A DNA stretch of 63,406 nucleotides, the filler included. It is 7 parts of 7 records of this genome, joined end to end, with 100 filler letters (N's around TTAATTAATTAA, not from the genome) between each part and the next. Parts side by side here need not be neighbours in the genome. Positions count along the whole stretch, not along the records: positions 48,500 to 57,361 come from SRR31147125_27630; positions 57,462 to 63,406 come from SRR31147125_27635; 5 more parts are not named here. One strand, written 5' to 3'. The number at the start of each line of letters is the position of its first letter. Within the stretch, counting starts at the first letter, position 1. Below the pieces are notes generated by a model. The model saw only the letters and a program-made list of their open reading frames with translations, made no database searches and was not told where the DNA came from. The translations under genes and the position numbers were made by a program. Positions 49,861 through 60,771 of the stretch are shown here, in pieces.

Positions 49861-50765
49861 ATGCTTCCTAATTTTCTTATTATTGGTGCCCCACGGTCAG
49901 GAACAACCTATTTAAAGTCTTGTTTAGAGCAGCATCCAGATGTCTATATGCCCAGTAAAGGGTTTTCCGGAGACATCCATTTTTTTTGCCCCAATTATAT
50001 TGCTCAATCCTGGTCAAAAGGGATTTCGTGGTACAAAACTTTATTCAATGACGGGGTTTCTAAACAGGCTGTGGGAGAGAAAAGCTGTTTTTATTTATCA
50101 GACGTCGATGCCCCTCATCTGATAGATAGGTACCTGCCGGATGTAAAGTTGATTGCTATTTTAAGGAATCCGGTATACAGAGCCCAGTCCACATTTCGGT
50201 ATAATATCAGCGAAATACCGGATCACCTCTCTTTTCTGGATGCATGCAGGGATGATACCATCGCCCATCTGGAATTTATTGAGTCGGGGTTATATTATAA
50301 GCATTTGAATCGATACTGGGGCCTTTTTTCAGACGAGTCTATTCATATTATTATTTTTGACCATCTTATTGAGGATCCATTAAAAACACTTAAAGGTGTT
50401 TTTAACTTTTTGAAAATTGATGATCAGTTTATTCCTGCCGGTTTTTTGGAAAAGAAAATATTTCAGTGGACAATGGCACAGCCATCTATCAGCTCCGTCA
50501 AGCCGTGGGCCGTCTTAAGCTTCGCTATCCTGAGATTTACAATAGGTTAAAACGATTGCCCTTGGCTGAGGCATTTCGTATATGGATTGGTAAATCGAGC
50601 GACTATTCTTCCTCAGCAAGCAGCCCATCAAGGATAAAGCCCCATGAGTGGGAACAGCTTTCGACGATATTTTTAAAGGATACAGAGAAGTTGAGCAACG
50701 CCCTTGGAGAGGATTTGGTGAAACTCTGGAGATTCGATCGGTCCAAGGAAATTGAGGATGTATAG
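49861..50765 (+). CDS. Sulfotransferase, frameshifted near 50455
   Basis: PNFLIIGAPRSGTT (5'-PSB) and LRNPVYRAQS (3'-PB); C-terminus in the -1 frame. Confidence 0.85.
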
Positions 50766-50790
50766 AAAAATGAATATGGGGAAAATATAG

Positions 50791-51843
50791 ATGTATAAAA
50801 CAGCATTCAATATTGCTAAACAAACCATCAGCAGTAAAATAGGCTACCCGTTAAGACCAACATATGCTGTTTTTGTCGTAACCAAACGTTGTAACATGAT
50901 GTGCCCCATGTGTGGTATCTTAAAAGAGAACGGAGATAATGATCTGGATATCGATAACTACCAGAGGGTATTTTCGTCCGGCCTGAGATCACTTGACGTG
51001 GTTAAAATAACCGGAGGGGAACCGTTCATTAGGACAGACAGTTCAAAGCTTCTCTCCTACCTTTGTAAAGAAGCGAACGCATCAATTTTTCATGTAACGA
51101 CAAATGGATATTACACGGATCGGATTAACGATTTCCTAAATCAAATCAGAGGGAAAAGGGTCAGTCTTTCCATTTCACTTGACGGTGACGAGGCCACCCA
51201 TGACAGGATCAGGGGAGTAACGGGTGCTTTTCGGCAGGCGAAAGAGACGATATCCATGATTAAACGAGATCATCCACTCGTTAAAGTGACGGTCAACTGC
51301 ACCATTTCAGATTTGAACCATGATACCTATCAGCGACTGGGCAGATCAATTCAAGATATTGGCGTGGATCAACTTGTTTATTTTATCGCTGATTCGAACC
51401 AGAATTACACGGATTCTATGGGCCTGAAAAGAACAGTTGGAATGCCGGATGAATCCCTGGACGAGCATCAAAAAAAAATTCAGATGGATGTCCGGCAGCA
51501 AAATATGAAGCATAGCTTGTCCTATCGACTGACTAATGGGTACTACTTATCAGGATTAAAATCGGGCAAGGAGAAGAGGTCTGTTCGGTCTTCCCATCGA
51601 TGTATGGCGTTGTGGAGTTATTTTCGGATGATGCCCAATGGTGATATCGTTATGTGCGTAACAAAGCCCCTCGTAATTGGTAACATTAAGGAAAAAGGCT
51701 TCGATGAGATCTGGTTTGGGGAGAGGGCTAAAAAGGCGAGGAAAATAGTGAGTCAATGTCAAGACTGCTGGAAAGAGTGTGAAGTGATACCCAGCTGTAT
51801 TTATTCAGGGAATCTGGCAAGGTACTTGTTTTTTAGGAGATAA
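50791..51843 (+). CDS. Radical SAM/SPASM-twitch protein
   Basis: CNMMCPMC, TGGEP, TTNG, SLDG and C-terminal Cys cluster. Confidence 0.9.
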   Translation: MYKTAFNIAKQTISSKIGYPLRPTYAVFVVTKRCNMMCPMCGILKENGDNDLDIDNYQRVFSSGLRSLDVVKITGGEPFIRTDSSKLLSYLCKEANASIFHVTTNGYYTDRINDFLNQIRGKRVSLSISLDGDEATHDRIRGVTGAFRQAKETISMIKRDHPLVKVTVNCTISDLNHDTYQRLGRSIQDIGVDQLVYFIADSNQNYTDSMGLKRTVGMPDESLDEHQKKIQMDVRQQNMKHSLSYRLTNGYYLSGLKSGKEKRSVRSSHRCMALWSYFRMMPNGDIVMCVTKPLVIGNIKEKGFDEIWFGERAKKARKIVSQCQDCWKECEVIPSCIYSGNLARYLFFRR

Positions 51844-51849
51844 CAGTCG

Positions 51850-52889
51850 ATGCAGGAAATATTTTCAGTATTCAGTTCCGTTTATAAATTAACATTTTCC
51901 CAAAAGCATTTTAAAAACCGGGTAGCGGTCATGAGGGATTATATATCCAAGAAGGGTACGGTTCGATCTTATCCGACCGTTGCAGCCATTGAAACAACGA
52001 GTATCTGCAATCTGAATTGCATCATGTGTGGCCGGGATATTGGGCAAAAGGGCATTGAAAAAAAGCACATGGATTTTGGACTGTTTCGGAAAATTGTGGA
52101 TGAATGCAAAGGTCGAGTTGAATTGTTCGTGATGCACTCCGGGGGGAACCGCTCTTACATCCAAGAATTGTTGATATGATCAACTATGCAGGACAGGCTG
52201 GAATCGGGACATGGATGTCCAGCAATGCAACAGTTTTGACAGAAAAAAAATCCCTACAGCTTTTAAAGTCCCATCTAAACGGGTTGGTATTCTCAGTGGA
52301 TGGATATCTGCCGGAAACCTATGAAAAAATTCGTGTTGGCGCTAACTATAAGAAAGTTATTCATAATATCCACAGATTTCTTGAACTGAAAAAACAATTG
52401 AACTCCAAACTGATGATTACCGTGCAGATGATCGAGATGCCCGAGAATAAAAATGAGGTTGAAGCATTTCGGGCATACTGGGCCAAGTACGGAGTTAATG
52501 TTCTAAAGCCCATGATCAATTGGGATATCAAGAGCGAGGATGAATTGAGATTTAAATCCATTTTATGTGATCGTCCTTGGTATTGGCTTAATGTCAGATC
52601 TTCTGGGATAGTTTTGCCATGCGGCCATGATTTAGATATGACCTCAATATTGGGTGATTTTACAACGCATGCCCTGGATGAAATTTGGAATTCACCTGTT
52701 GCCGTTCAATTCAGAGAGTCCGTTCGAAACGGTAAGGCCGGGCACCCCGTCTGTTCGAAGTGTGATTATGCCCCGGCAAGGAAGCGGGGCATAGCTGGAA
52801 ACACAGCACAAACCCTTTTTGATATGCTAACACTTATCCAAATGCTTTTTTTAATCGGATACAATAAGCAAGACCGTAAGGGTTTATAA
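51850..52889 (+). CDS. Radical SAM/SPASM-twitch protein, frameshifted at G6 52141-52146
   Basis: CNLNCIMC; adding one G restores GGEPLLHP; CDRPW...PC...CSKC. Confidence 0.85.
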
Positions 52890-52892
52890 TTT

Positions 52893-53433
52893 ATGAGTTT
52901 TTTAGAAAACGTTGCGGCCCCTGGGAGGCTGATGCATCCTCTCAGGCAGAGGGGATAAAGGTTGTCAGGGCATTTTATACACGTATTCTTCACCTCATTG
53001 TCCGATTCATCCCCATGCTTCCGTCAATGAGGGGACAACTCCACAGATGGCGGGGGTAAGGGTTGGTAAAGATATTCACATTGGTACCAATGTTTTCATA
53101 GATGATGCCAGGCCTGAATCCATCGTAATAGAAGATGAGGCTACGATTATTGCCGGTACCATGATCCTTGGTCATGCCAGATATCCAAGGCATTTCCAAT
53201 CAGTCCTTACAGACAATTGGGAGGGGGTTTGCATTAAAAAAGGAAGCTACATTGGTGCAAAGGCCTTGATACTTCCCGGAGTTACCGTCGGGTGCTGTGC
53301 TGTCGTTGCCGCTGGTGCCATTGTGAATCGGGACGTGCCTGATTTTACAATGGTGGCGGGTGTTCCTGCGAAGGTGATAAAAACGTTTGAAGCGGAACGA
53401 TTTGAAAATATTTTTAAGGAAAACGGCAGTTGA
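52893..53433 (+). CDS. Hexapeptide-repeat acyltransferase with frameshifted 5' part
   Basis: GVRVGKDIHIG, IGAKALILPGVTVG and VAGVPAK; adding one G at 53052-53056 gives LHRWRGVRVG. Confidence 0.8.
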
Positions 53434-53451
53434 CTGCTTAAGCAGGGTATA

Positions 53452-54382
53452 TTGATTTCGAATTCTAAAAAGTGGTTTGGAAGGGGACTTCGATCCTTTG
53501 GAATACTGATATTTATATTTTTCCTGAGTCGAATCAATTTGAGACACCTGTGGGCGGTTCTTGCTGAGGTGGATTTAACGATTGTCTTTTCCGGCTACGT
53601 GTTGTCTTTGCTTTTAATTGTTTATCGTGTGATTCGATGGCATTATTTGATCAGATTATCCGCGATGAATGACAGTTTTAGGAACTCAGTTTTTGTATAT
53701 CTTTCCAGCTATTTTCTTGGTTTTATCACACTCAGTAAAATCGGTGCCGGTATTCGGATGGTTTACTACAAGAGGCGAGGGGAGAAACTGGGCAGATCAG
53801 TTTATGCCTTTGCTATGGAAAAACTTCTGGATTTGTTTGGTATTATACCGTTTTTTTTAGGGTTGTATTGGTTTTATAATTGTGCTGGTGGGTTGTTCAG
53901 CAGCCTTATGGTCTATGGATTAGGAAACATTGGGATTTTTGTTTTTCTTTTTTTACATGAAGCATCTTTTTCGGATAATTCCTGTCAAGTTTAAAACAAA
54001 ATCACAATCCATGGAGATTCCGGATATTTTGCCAAAAAAGTTGTTCGTCCTAATAGTGAGCACCAATTTGGCCTATCTTGTCAATAACCTGGTATGCTAT
54101 TGTATGGCATTCGCTTTGGATTTGCCTGTTTCATACGGATACCTGTTTTTGGCAATGTCCTGTTCGCTTTTGGTCAATATACTGCCCATCACCTTTGCAG
54201 GTATAGGCACCCGCGATGCTGTATTGATATACTATTTATCCAAAGTTGACGTATCATCCGAGTCGTCAATCATTCTATCCGTACTGATTTTGAGTAGCAT
54301 TCTGATTCATATCAGCGTTGGTTTAACAGCATGGCTGTTAATGCCTTCCGAACTTGTTTTTCGAGGAGGAACAGATTCTTGA
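53452..54382 (+). CDS. Flippase-like (LPG-synthase TM region) membrane protein, frameshifted near 53950
   Basis: RVIRWH, EKLLDL and LPITFAGIGTRD motifs across two frames. Confidence 0.8.
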
Positions 54383-55812
54383 ATATATTTATTTTTATCC
54401 CAAATAAACTTGACGGTCAGAAATTTTTAAGGTTTGAGCGATGCCAGGGCCCTGGAGAAAACATGAGGCCGCCCATTAGTGCAGCCTATATAGCTGCGGT
54501 TCTGAAAGAGAATAGGTTTGAAAATGTCCTGATAAAAGATTTCAGGCTCTATGGTTCTGGCCTAGAGGAGATGATCAAATGTGTCGGAGAGTTTAAAACG
54601 GATCTCCTCCTTCTACACAGTGTGACACCCACGATGAAAGATGATGTTGTCATCTCCAAGGCTTTGAAACAAACATATCCTGATTTGGATATCGCATTTT
54701 TTGGCCCCCACGTTACCGTCCGGCCAGAAGATGTGCTCTCCGATGAGATACGGTATGTGATACGAAATGAGCCTGAATACACCTGCCTTGAACTCGTTCG
54801 GGCCCTTGAGCAAAGTTCGGATTTGGGTATTGTTGAGGGGCTGAGTTATTTTAGTAACAGGGCTGCCGTTCATAACCCAGACCGTGAAGGTATTACGGAT
54901 CTTGATGCCCTTCCCTTCCCAGACCGGGATATGATTGAAAATGAAAAATACATTATTTCCACTATGGGAAGAGCGTTTACCTTGATCAAGACGTCTCGGG
55001 GCTGCCCGTTTGACTGTATCTACTGTACTGCACAAAGTTACTATGGGAAAAAATGGCGGGTAAGAAGTGTCGATAATATCATTGCGGAAATTAAGCTTGT
55101 AAAAGAGAAATATGGTATCAATGATTTCTTTTTTAATTCCGATACATTTAACCTGAATAAGAAATGGACGTTTAAGTTATGTAATCGGATTTTGAATGAG
55201 GAACTCAATATCAGGTGGATGGCCAACAGTCGAGTAGATACCATCACCGAGGAGATGGCGCTTCTGATGAAAAAATCCGGTTGCTGGCTTGTGGCTTTTG
55301 GGATTGAATCCGGCTCTCAGGAAATGTTGGATCGAATGAAGAAAGGGATCACGGTTGAGCAGGCTGTTAATGCCATCCAGATTGCAAAGAAATGCGGCTT
55401 GAGAACGACCTCTAACTTTATTTTCGGAATTCCGGGTGAATCAAAAGAGACAATATGGGAAACCATGAAATTTTTAAACGATATTCGTCCTGACTATGTA
55501 AAAGTCAACCCCGTGGTGCCTTATCCCGGGACTCCTTTTTGGGATATAGTTGAAGAAAAAGGATATTTGACCACGACCGACTGGGATAAATTTTCTCAAG
55601 GCGTTGCCGCCATAGTTGAATATCCGGATTTGACACGGGAAGAAATACAAAGGGCAGCCCAGCATGCAACACGGAGATTTTACTTGCGACCGGGAAAGAT
55701 TATTGATGAATTGAAGATGGTCTCCAGTCTGAGTGAGTTCTTGTTTTTAATTCGGGGCGGATTCAAGTATATCCAAATGAAGTTATTTCAGTTTGTCAAA
55801 CTCGAGAAATAG
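54379..55812 (+). CDS. Cobalamin-binding (class B-type) radical SAM protein
   Basis: GPHVT, TSRGCPFDCIYC, FGIESG and PYPGT; GAGGAGG RBS before TTG 54379. Confidence 0.9.
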   Translation: MNIFIFIPNKLDGQKFLRFERCQGPGENMRPPISAAYIAAVLKENRFENVLIKDFRLYGSGLEEMIKCVGEFKTDLLLLHSVTPTMKDDVVISKALKQTYPDLDIAFFGPHVTVRPEDVLSDEIRYVIRNEPEYTCLELVRALEQSSDLGIVEGLSYFSNRAAVHNPDREGITDLDALPFPDRDMIENEKYIISTMGRAFTLIKTSRGCPFDCIYCTAQSYYGKKWRVRSVDNIIAEIKLVKEKYGINDFFFNSDTFNLNKKWTFKLCNRILNEELNIRWMANSRVDTITEEMALLMKKSGCWLVAFGIESGSQEMLDRMKKGITVEQAVNAIQIAKKCGLRTTSNFIFGIPGESKETIWETMKFLNDIRPDYVKVNPVVPYPGTPFWDIVEEKGYLTTTDWDKFSQGVAAIVEYPDLTREEIQRAAQHATRRFYLRPGKIIDELKMVSSLSEFLFLIRGGFKYIQMKLFQFVKLEK

Positions 55813-55824
55813 GATTGGGCCTCT

Positions 55825-57361
55825 TTGACTAAAATATCTGTGGATATGTTTCCTGATTTAACTATCACTGAACAGCGACAAAAACAAATAATTCCGAGAT
55901 TCATCAGTTTCGGAATTATTTTTTGGGTATCTGTTTCGCTTTATTGGGCAAATTTCCCTATGGGAACCTATGATTTTGGCCATGACATATGGTCAAAAGG
56001 TAATTTTCTAATAGCTTTTTTGGGGAACACTGATTTCTCCAGTGATTATTTCATGAGCAGTGATTATTATAAGTTTTTCACTGGGATGCGCCTTCAGGTT
56101 CCTTTTGTCAGCCTCTTGGGTAGCTATGAATCCTATGCGGCATTTCTTCTGGCCTTTTTGTTTTTTTGTGGAACATGTCTTTTATTTTTGATTAATCGGA
56201 TCCTCACAGGATCCCATTCACTTGGACTGATTTCCGCATTATTATTTACTCTTTCTTTTGTCGTTGTCTCGTATTATTCATCCCAGGATAATTTTTCTTT
56301 TATTCAACCGGACAGTATTTCAACAAAGACCATCTCTCTGACATGGTATCTGTTACCATTGTTCATTTTTTTGAAAATGAAAAGTCGTGACTTCCAGGTC
56401 ATTATTATAACAATTTTATGCTCCTGCCTTATCTGGATTCATGCCCTGACCTTCTTAGGCCCTGGCGTTGCCACTCTTTTTATTTTATTTGTGGAGTATC
56501 TCTTTTTCAATAAAACGATTGTATTGAAAAAGAAGATCCTGGTGACTTTCGTCTGTTTTATTATCGTTGGGGTCAATGGGCTTGGATACACCAAAATATA
56601 TTTTTCTCAAAGTCATGTGAGCAACCCTCCGATATCGGACTTTGATAAAAAAGTGATGTCCCAGGATAAGCAGGTGCATCGAAAGGCCAACTATACAGAT
56701 CCATTCAAACTGGTGAATTACAGAGCTGATCTCCATGAAATTAATGGATTCAAATTCTTATTTGCTGCGGCGCTTTTTTCGCTTGTACTTTTTAGAAAGA
56801 ATCGAAACGCAATGCTTCTGGCAGGTATAGCCGGCTTTTGTTTCCTTTTTAATGTCCTGGTGCAAAAAATTGACTACTCACTGGGACATCGCTTTAATCT
56901 GCACTTGTTGAACCGTAATGCAAAATGGTTGTTTTTTTATAGTTTTTTAATTTTCATGGCCTATTTTCCAAGCTGGAGCGATTTTATTCGCCAAGCAATA
57001 ACAGCAAAGGGCCGTGAAGCATTGCAAAGATTGAAATGTGAGGGTGTAGTTAAAAAATGGGCAGCTGTTCCTGTTACAGTAATTGTCATAGATGCGTTGC
57101 TGAGCATGATCGCCTATTTTGTTTGTTATGGGGTTTGGATACTTTATAGCATGCCGGACAGTGCAAAGGCCGGTCATATTCAATTTCATCTTAGGACCTG
57201 TATTGAATCCGTTTGGATAGTGGCTTTTTTTCAGGTGACGTTTTTCTGGGGGCATGGGTTTTACAGGAATGATTTTCTACCTGTTCGTTCATTCAGAGCC
57301 TTTGTTGCCAAATTAAAAGACGCTTTGATTTGCCATGCTTTCATCATTTGTGTTTTGTTTT
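55825..57361 (+). CDS. Polytopic membrane protein, 3'-truncated
   Basis: More than 10 hydrophobic segments; located in the glycan locus. Confidence 0.7.
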
Positions 57362-57461
57362 NNNNNNNNNNNNNNNNNNNNNNNNNNNNNNNNNNNNNNN
57401 NNNNNTTAATTAATTAANNNNNNNNNNNNNNNNNNNNNNNNNNNNNNNNNNNNNNNNNNNN
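57362..57461. other. Artificial contig linker
   Basis: N-run with TTAATTAATTAA. Confidence 0.99.
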
Positions 57462-57462
57462 G

Positions 57463-60400
57463 GCATACCCGAATCCAGCCGATTATCAACAGCTTGAAGT
57501 GCTTCCTGCTTTAAATAAGAGCTGCGATTCAATGGTGGTTAGTATAAGAAAATCCAATTCTGCAGCTTTGACTGAAACTCAGGTGTTTTGTAACGATGAA
57601 GGCAAAGCTCAGATTAGCGATCTTGGATGTGAACTGAGCTATAGAGGCACTAACAGTACATATATTCTCGCTTGTGGAAGCAAAAGAATTCAGGATATTT
57701 ACTATTTTAGTGCAGATAACTGCAAGTTTGCAGATGGCGATGATGTTGAGATCGAAATTGAAGAAGAAGATATCCTGGAAATAGAAGAAGATGATTTGGA
57801 TGAAGAAGATATAGATCCTGAAGAGACAGGTGGTGAAGGTGTCGATGAAGAAGATATAGATCCTGTAGAGACAGGTGATGATGGACCTGATGAAGAAGAA
57901 ATAGATGACACACCTGAGATTGATGAGGAAGCAACTTCCACATGTGTAGAAGATAAAGAATGTCCAACTTACCATTATTGTAATTATGATGTAAGTCCCA
58001 GGGTATGTACATTGGGTTGCCATCCTGGTAACAATTATTGTATTCCCGGTGTGGCTCAGTGTAACGATCACGGGTTATGCATTCCAATTATTTTTGAAGA
58101 TGGTGATAAAGAGGAAGAACCGGATATTCCATGTACAAAGGAAAATGAAGCTACACTCTGTGGCGATGGACATTTTTGTCTTGTTTCTCAGGGACTTTGT
58201 ACCAAAGAATGTTCTATATCCATAAAATGCGAAACTGGTGAGCACTGCGATCTGGATCGTGGTAAATGCGTCTCGGACACAGATCCTTGTAAAACTGATA
58301 GTGATTGTTCGGCAAATCCCTGTAATATTTGCGAGCTGGGGTCTTGTGTTAAGGGTGAATGTTGTCCTGGAGATTCTGTAGGATATTGTTCTATTTGTGT
58401 TCAGGGAAAAATAGTCGATGATCCTGCCTGTCAGGAAGGTGACGGAGACGAAGAAGAAGTACAAACTGCTTGTACCGATCAAAACTGGGAGACCGTATGT
58501 CCATCTGCTCATTTCTGTCTTGATGGATTCTGTTATCAGGAATGTACCGAAGCTTCATATTGCATAGCGAAATACAATAATCAAACCTATTACTGTACAA
58601 CATTTGGACAGTGCATGGAAGACACCAAGGAATGTGACACGCATCAGGATTGTATAACGAAAAACGGTCCACGACATTATTGTTCTGGAGACTATTGCTA
58701 TCAGGATTGTGCAGACAACAGTGGTTGTTCCGTTCCTCCTGTAACGGAATGTAATGAGTTTGGTCAATGCATAGAACCTGTTCTTGATGGTGATGTCGAT
58801 GAAATTAACTGCAATATTTATACAGGCGATATTGTTTGTGACGAAGGCGATTACTGCAAGATCGAAACAGGTCAGACAGAGGGTACTTGTACTCACGATT
58901 GTACACAAGATACAGTAGTAGAGGATTGCGGAGCTAATAAAGTTTGTTCATATAGAGGTAGATGTCAGGATCCGGAAATTGAAGAAGATGAAGACCTGGC
59001 TGAAATCGTAGAAGTCATAATGTGCGCTACCGATGGAACTTGTCCTCCGGGGTATGTGTGTCAACCATCACTTAATACATGCGATTATATCTGTAAACCC
59101 GGAGAACACGGGAAATGTCATGTGGGATATAAATGTGATGCGAATTACGAATGTACAATTCCATGTGATGCTAACGAAGATTGTGGACAGCTTGAATCTG
59201 ATGATATGGAATTTGAATACGACATGAACAAACCATGTACAAAAGATATTGATTGTCCCGATCCAGCATACGAGTATTGTGATACAAATGTAGGTTTCTG
59301 TCGTTCAGAATGCTTCCCTTGTCCTGATGGCTACATATGCGACAGAGGTAAGTGTATACTTACTGGCGGTGAAGTTGAGGAGGTGGATTGCGAAAACGAC
59401 CAGGAAGGATGCTGTTTGAACAATGAAGATTGTCCAGACGATCAATATTGTGGACTCGACTTCACTTGCAAATCCGATTGTACAACTGATTGGGATTGTA
59501 ATCCTGGTTGGGTGTGTGGTGATCGTGGTATATGTCGTCTTGATTTCCCTGAATGCCAGAGCCATGTAGACTGTCCTGTAGGAATGTTCTGCGATTCAAC
59601 AATATACCCACGACACCGTTGTGATGCTGAATGTTTAACGGACGACGATTGTTTGAATCAAGGTGGACACTGTAACAATCTTGGAAAATGTGCAGCTGAC
59701 GAGAGTGTTGCAAGAGAGAAATGCACACAAGATATAGATTGTCCTGTTGCCAGTTATTGCAAAGGTGAATATTGCGGCTTTGATTGCTTGCCTCCGAACA
59801 AGGGTTGCACAGGTGAGGATGTTTGCCTGTCTACAGGAAAATGTGGACCAAGACCTGATCCTCCTTCCGAGGAAGATGGTGACGAGATGGAAGATGACGA
59901 GGATGAAAACTATGAAAGCGATCTTGATTCCGAAGAAGGTGACGGCACAATACCGCAATGTAGTACCAATGCTGACTGTCCTTATAACTCTCACTGTGCA
60001 GATGATGGAAGCGGAACAAAACGATGCACTTCTAATTGTATGAATGATTCCAATTGCAGTAGTGGAAAGGTTTGCGACTGCAAAGGCTTCTGTGTTGATT
60101 CAGCAAGTGAAGATACAACCCCTGCTTATTGCGCATCAATGACCTGTTCTGCTGGATGTCTTGATGTTTCATATTGCTGGCAGGATGTTTGCCGTATGGA
60201 TTGTGTTACATCTGTATTTATTACACTGCCTTGCCCAAGTGGGTTTGATTGTACACCTGATGGTCAATGTGTACCGGTTGATGGTGATATAGATGAAATT
60301 GAGGTGGAAGAAGAACAATCGACACCGGAGATTATATGTAAAAATGATTCATGTATCTGTCCGTACCACACAGTATGTAATGGTGTGACGGAACGTTGTG

Positions 60401-60693
60401 AACCAGCCGGTGAGCCTCCTTGCATTTCGGATCACCATTGTGGAGATTCAACTAAAGGATGTAATTATAGAGGTGAATGTGTGACAAAGCCTGTACCAGA
60501 TCAGTATGCGGCTTGTTATCATGATAAAAACGGAAATGATGGATGTTTAAATGATGAAAGCTGTCCCGATTATTCATATTGTTGGGACACTCAGTCAAGT
60601 ACCGGAAAAATTTGCAGGACAGATTGTGTCAATGGCATTCCTGGAATGGAATGCGAATCCGGCACTTGTACTGATCGTGGAAAATGCCAATAA
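57463..60693 (+). CDS. Large Cys-rich repeat protein with acidic linkers, 5'-truncated
   Basis: Many CxxDxDC...C...GxC modules separated by DGD/E-rich linkers; frame open to the contig edge. Confidence 0.88.
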   Translation, partial: AYPNPADYQQLEVLPALNKSCDSMVVSIRKSNSAALTETQVFCNDEGKAQISDLGCELSYRGTNSTYILACGSKRIQDIYYFSADNCKFADGDDVEIEIEEEDILEIEEDDLDEEDIDPEETGGEGVDEEDIDPVETGDDGPDEEEIDDTPEIDEEATSTCVEDKECPTYHYCNYDVSPRVCTLGCHPGNNYCIPGVAQCNDHGLCIPIIFEDGDKEEEPDIPCTKENEATLCGDGHFCLVSQGLCTKECSISIKCETGEHCDLDRGKCVSDTDPCKTDSDCSANPCNICELGSCVKGECCPGDSVGYCSICVQGKIVDDPACQEGDGDEEEVQTACTDQNWETVCPSAHFCLDGFCYQECTEASYCIAKYNNQTYYCTTFGQCMEDTKECDTHQDCITKNGPRHYCSGDYCYQDCADNSGCSVPPVTECNEFGQCIEPVLDGDVDEINCNIYTGDIVCDEGDYCKIETGQTEGTCTHDCTQDTVVEDCGANKVCSYRGRCQDPEIEEDEDLAEIVEVIMCATDGTCPPGYVCQPSLNTCDYICKPGEHGKCHVGYKCDANYECTIPCDANEDCGQLESDDMEFEYDMNKPCTKDIDCPDPAYEYCDTNVGFCRSECFPCPDGYICDRGKCILTGGEVEEVDCENDQEGCCLNNEDCPDDQYCGLDFTCKSDCTTDWDCNPGWVCGDRGICRLDFPECQSHVDCPVGMFCDSTIYPRHRCDAECLTDDDCLNQGGHCNNLGKCAADESVAREKCTQDIDCPVASYCKGEYCGFDCLPPNKGCTGEDVCLSTGKCGPRPDPPSEEDGDEMEDDEDENYESDLDSEEGDGTIPQCSTNADCPYNSHCADDGSGTKRCTSNCMNDSNCSSGKVCDCKGFCVDSASEDTTPAYCASMTCSAGCLDVSYCWQDVCRMDCVTSVFITLPCPSGFDCTPDGQCVPVDGDIDEIEVEEEQSTPEIICKNDSCICPYHTVCNGVTERCEPAGEPPCISDHHCGDSTKGCNYRGECVTKPVPDQYAACYHDKNGNDGCLNDESCPDYSYCWDTQSSTGKICRTDCVNGIPGMECESGTCTDRGKCQ
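57799..57885 (+). repeat. Near-perfect 45-nt coding tandem repeat (DEEDIDP.ETG)
   Basis: GATGAAGAAGATATAGATCCTG[A/T]AGAGACAGGTG at 57799 and 57844. Confidence 0.85.
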
Positions 60694-60771
60694 AGGAATA
60701 ACGTCATGAACGGACGATATTACAGAAAAAGCCCCAATACCCCCAATCTCTTTCATTTGTCGGAGGCCAAG

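Noticed and set aside
5270-55812. A single B12-centred system linking the riboswitch, MttB, hemBD and the B12 radical SAM
   Set aside because: The four elements are on different contigs, apparently from different organisms.
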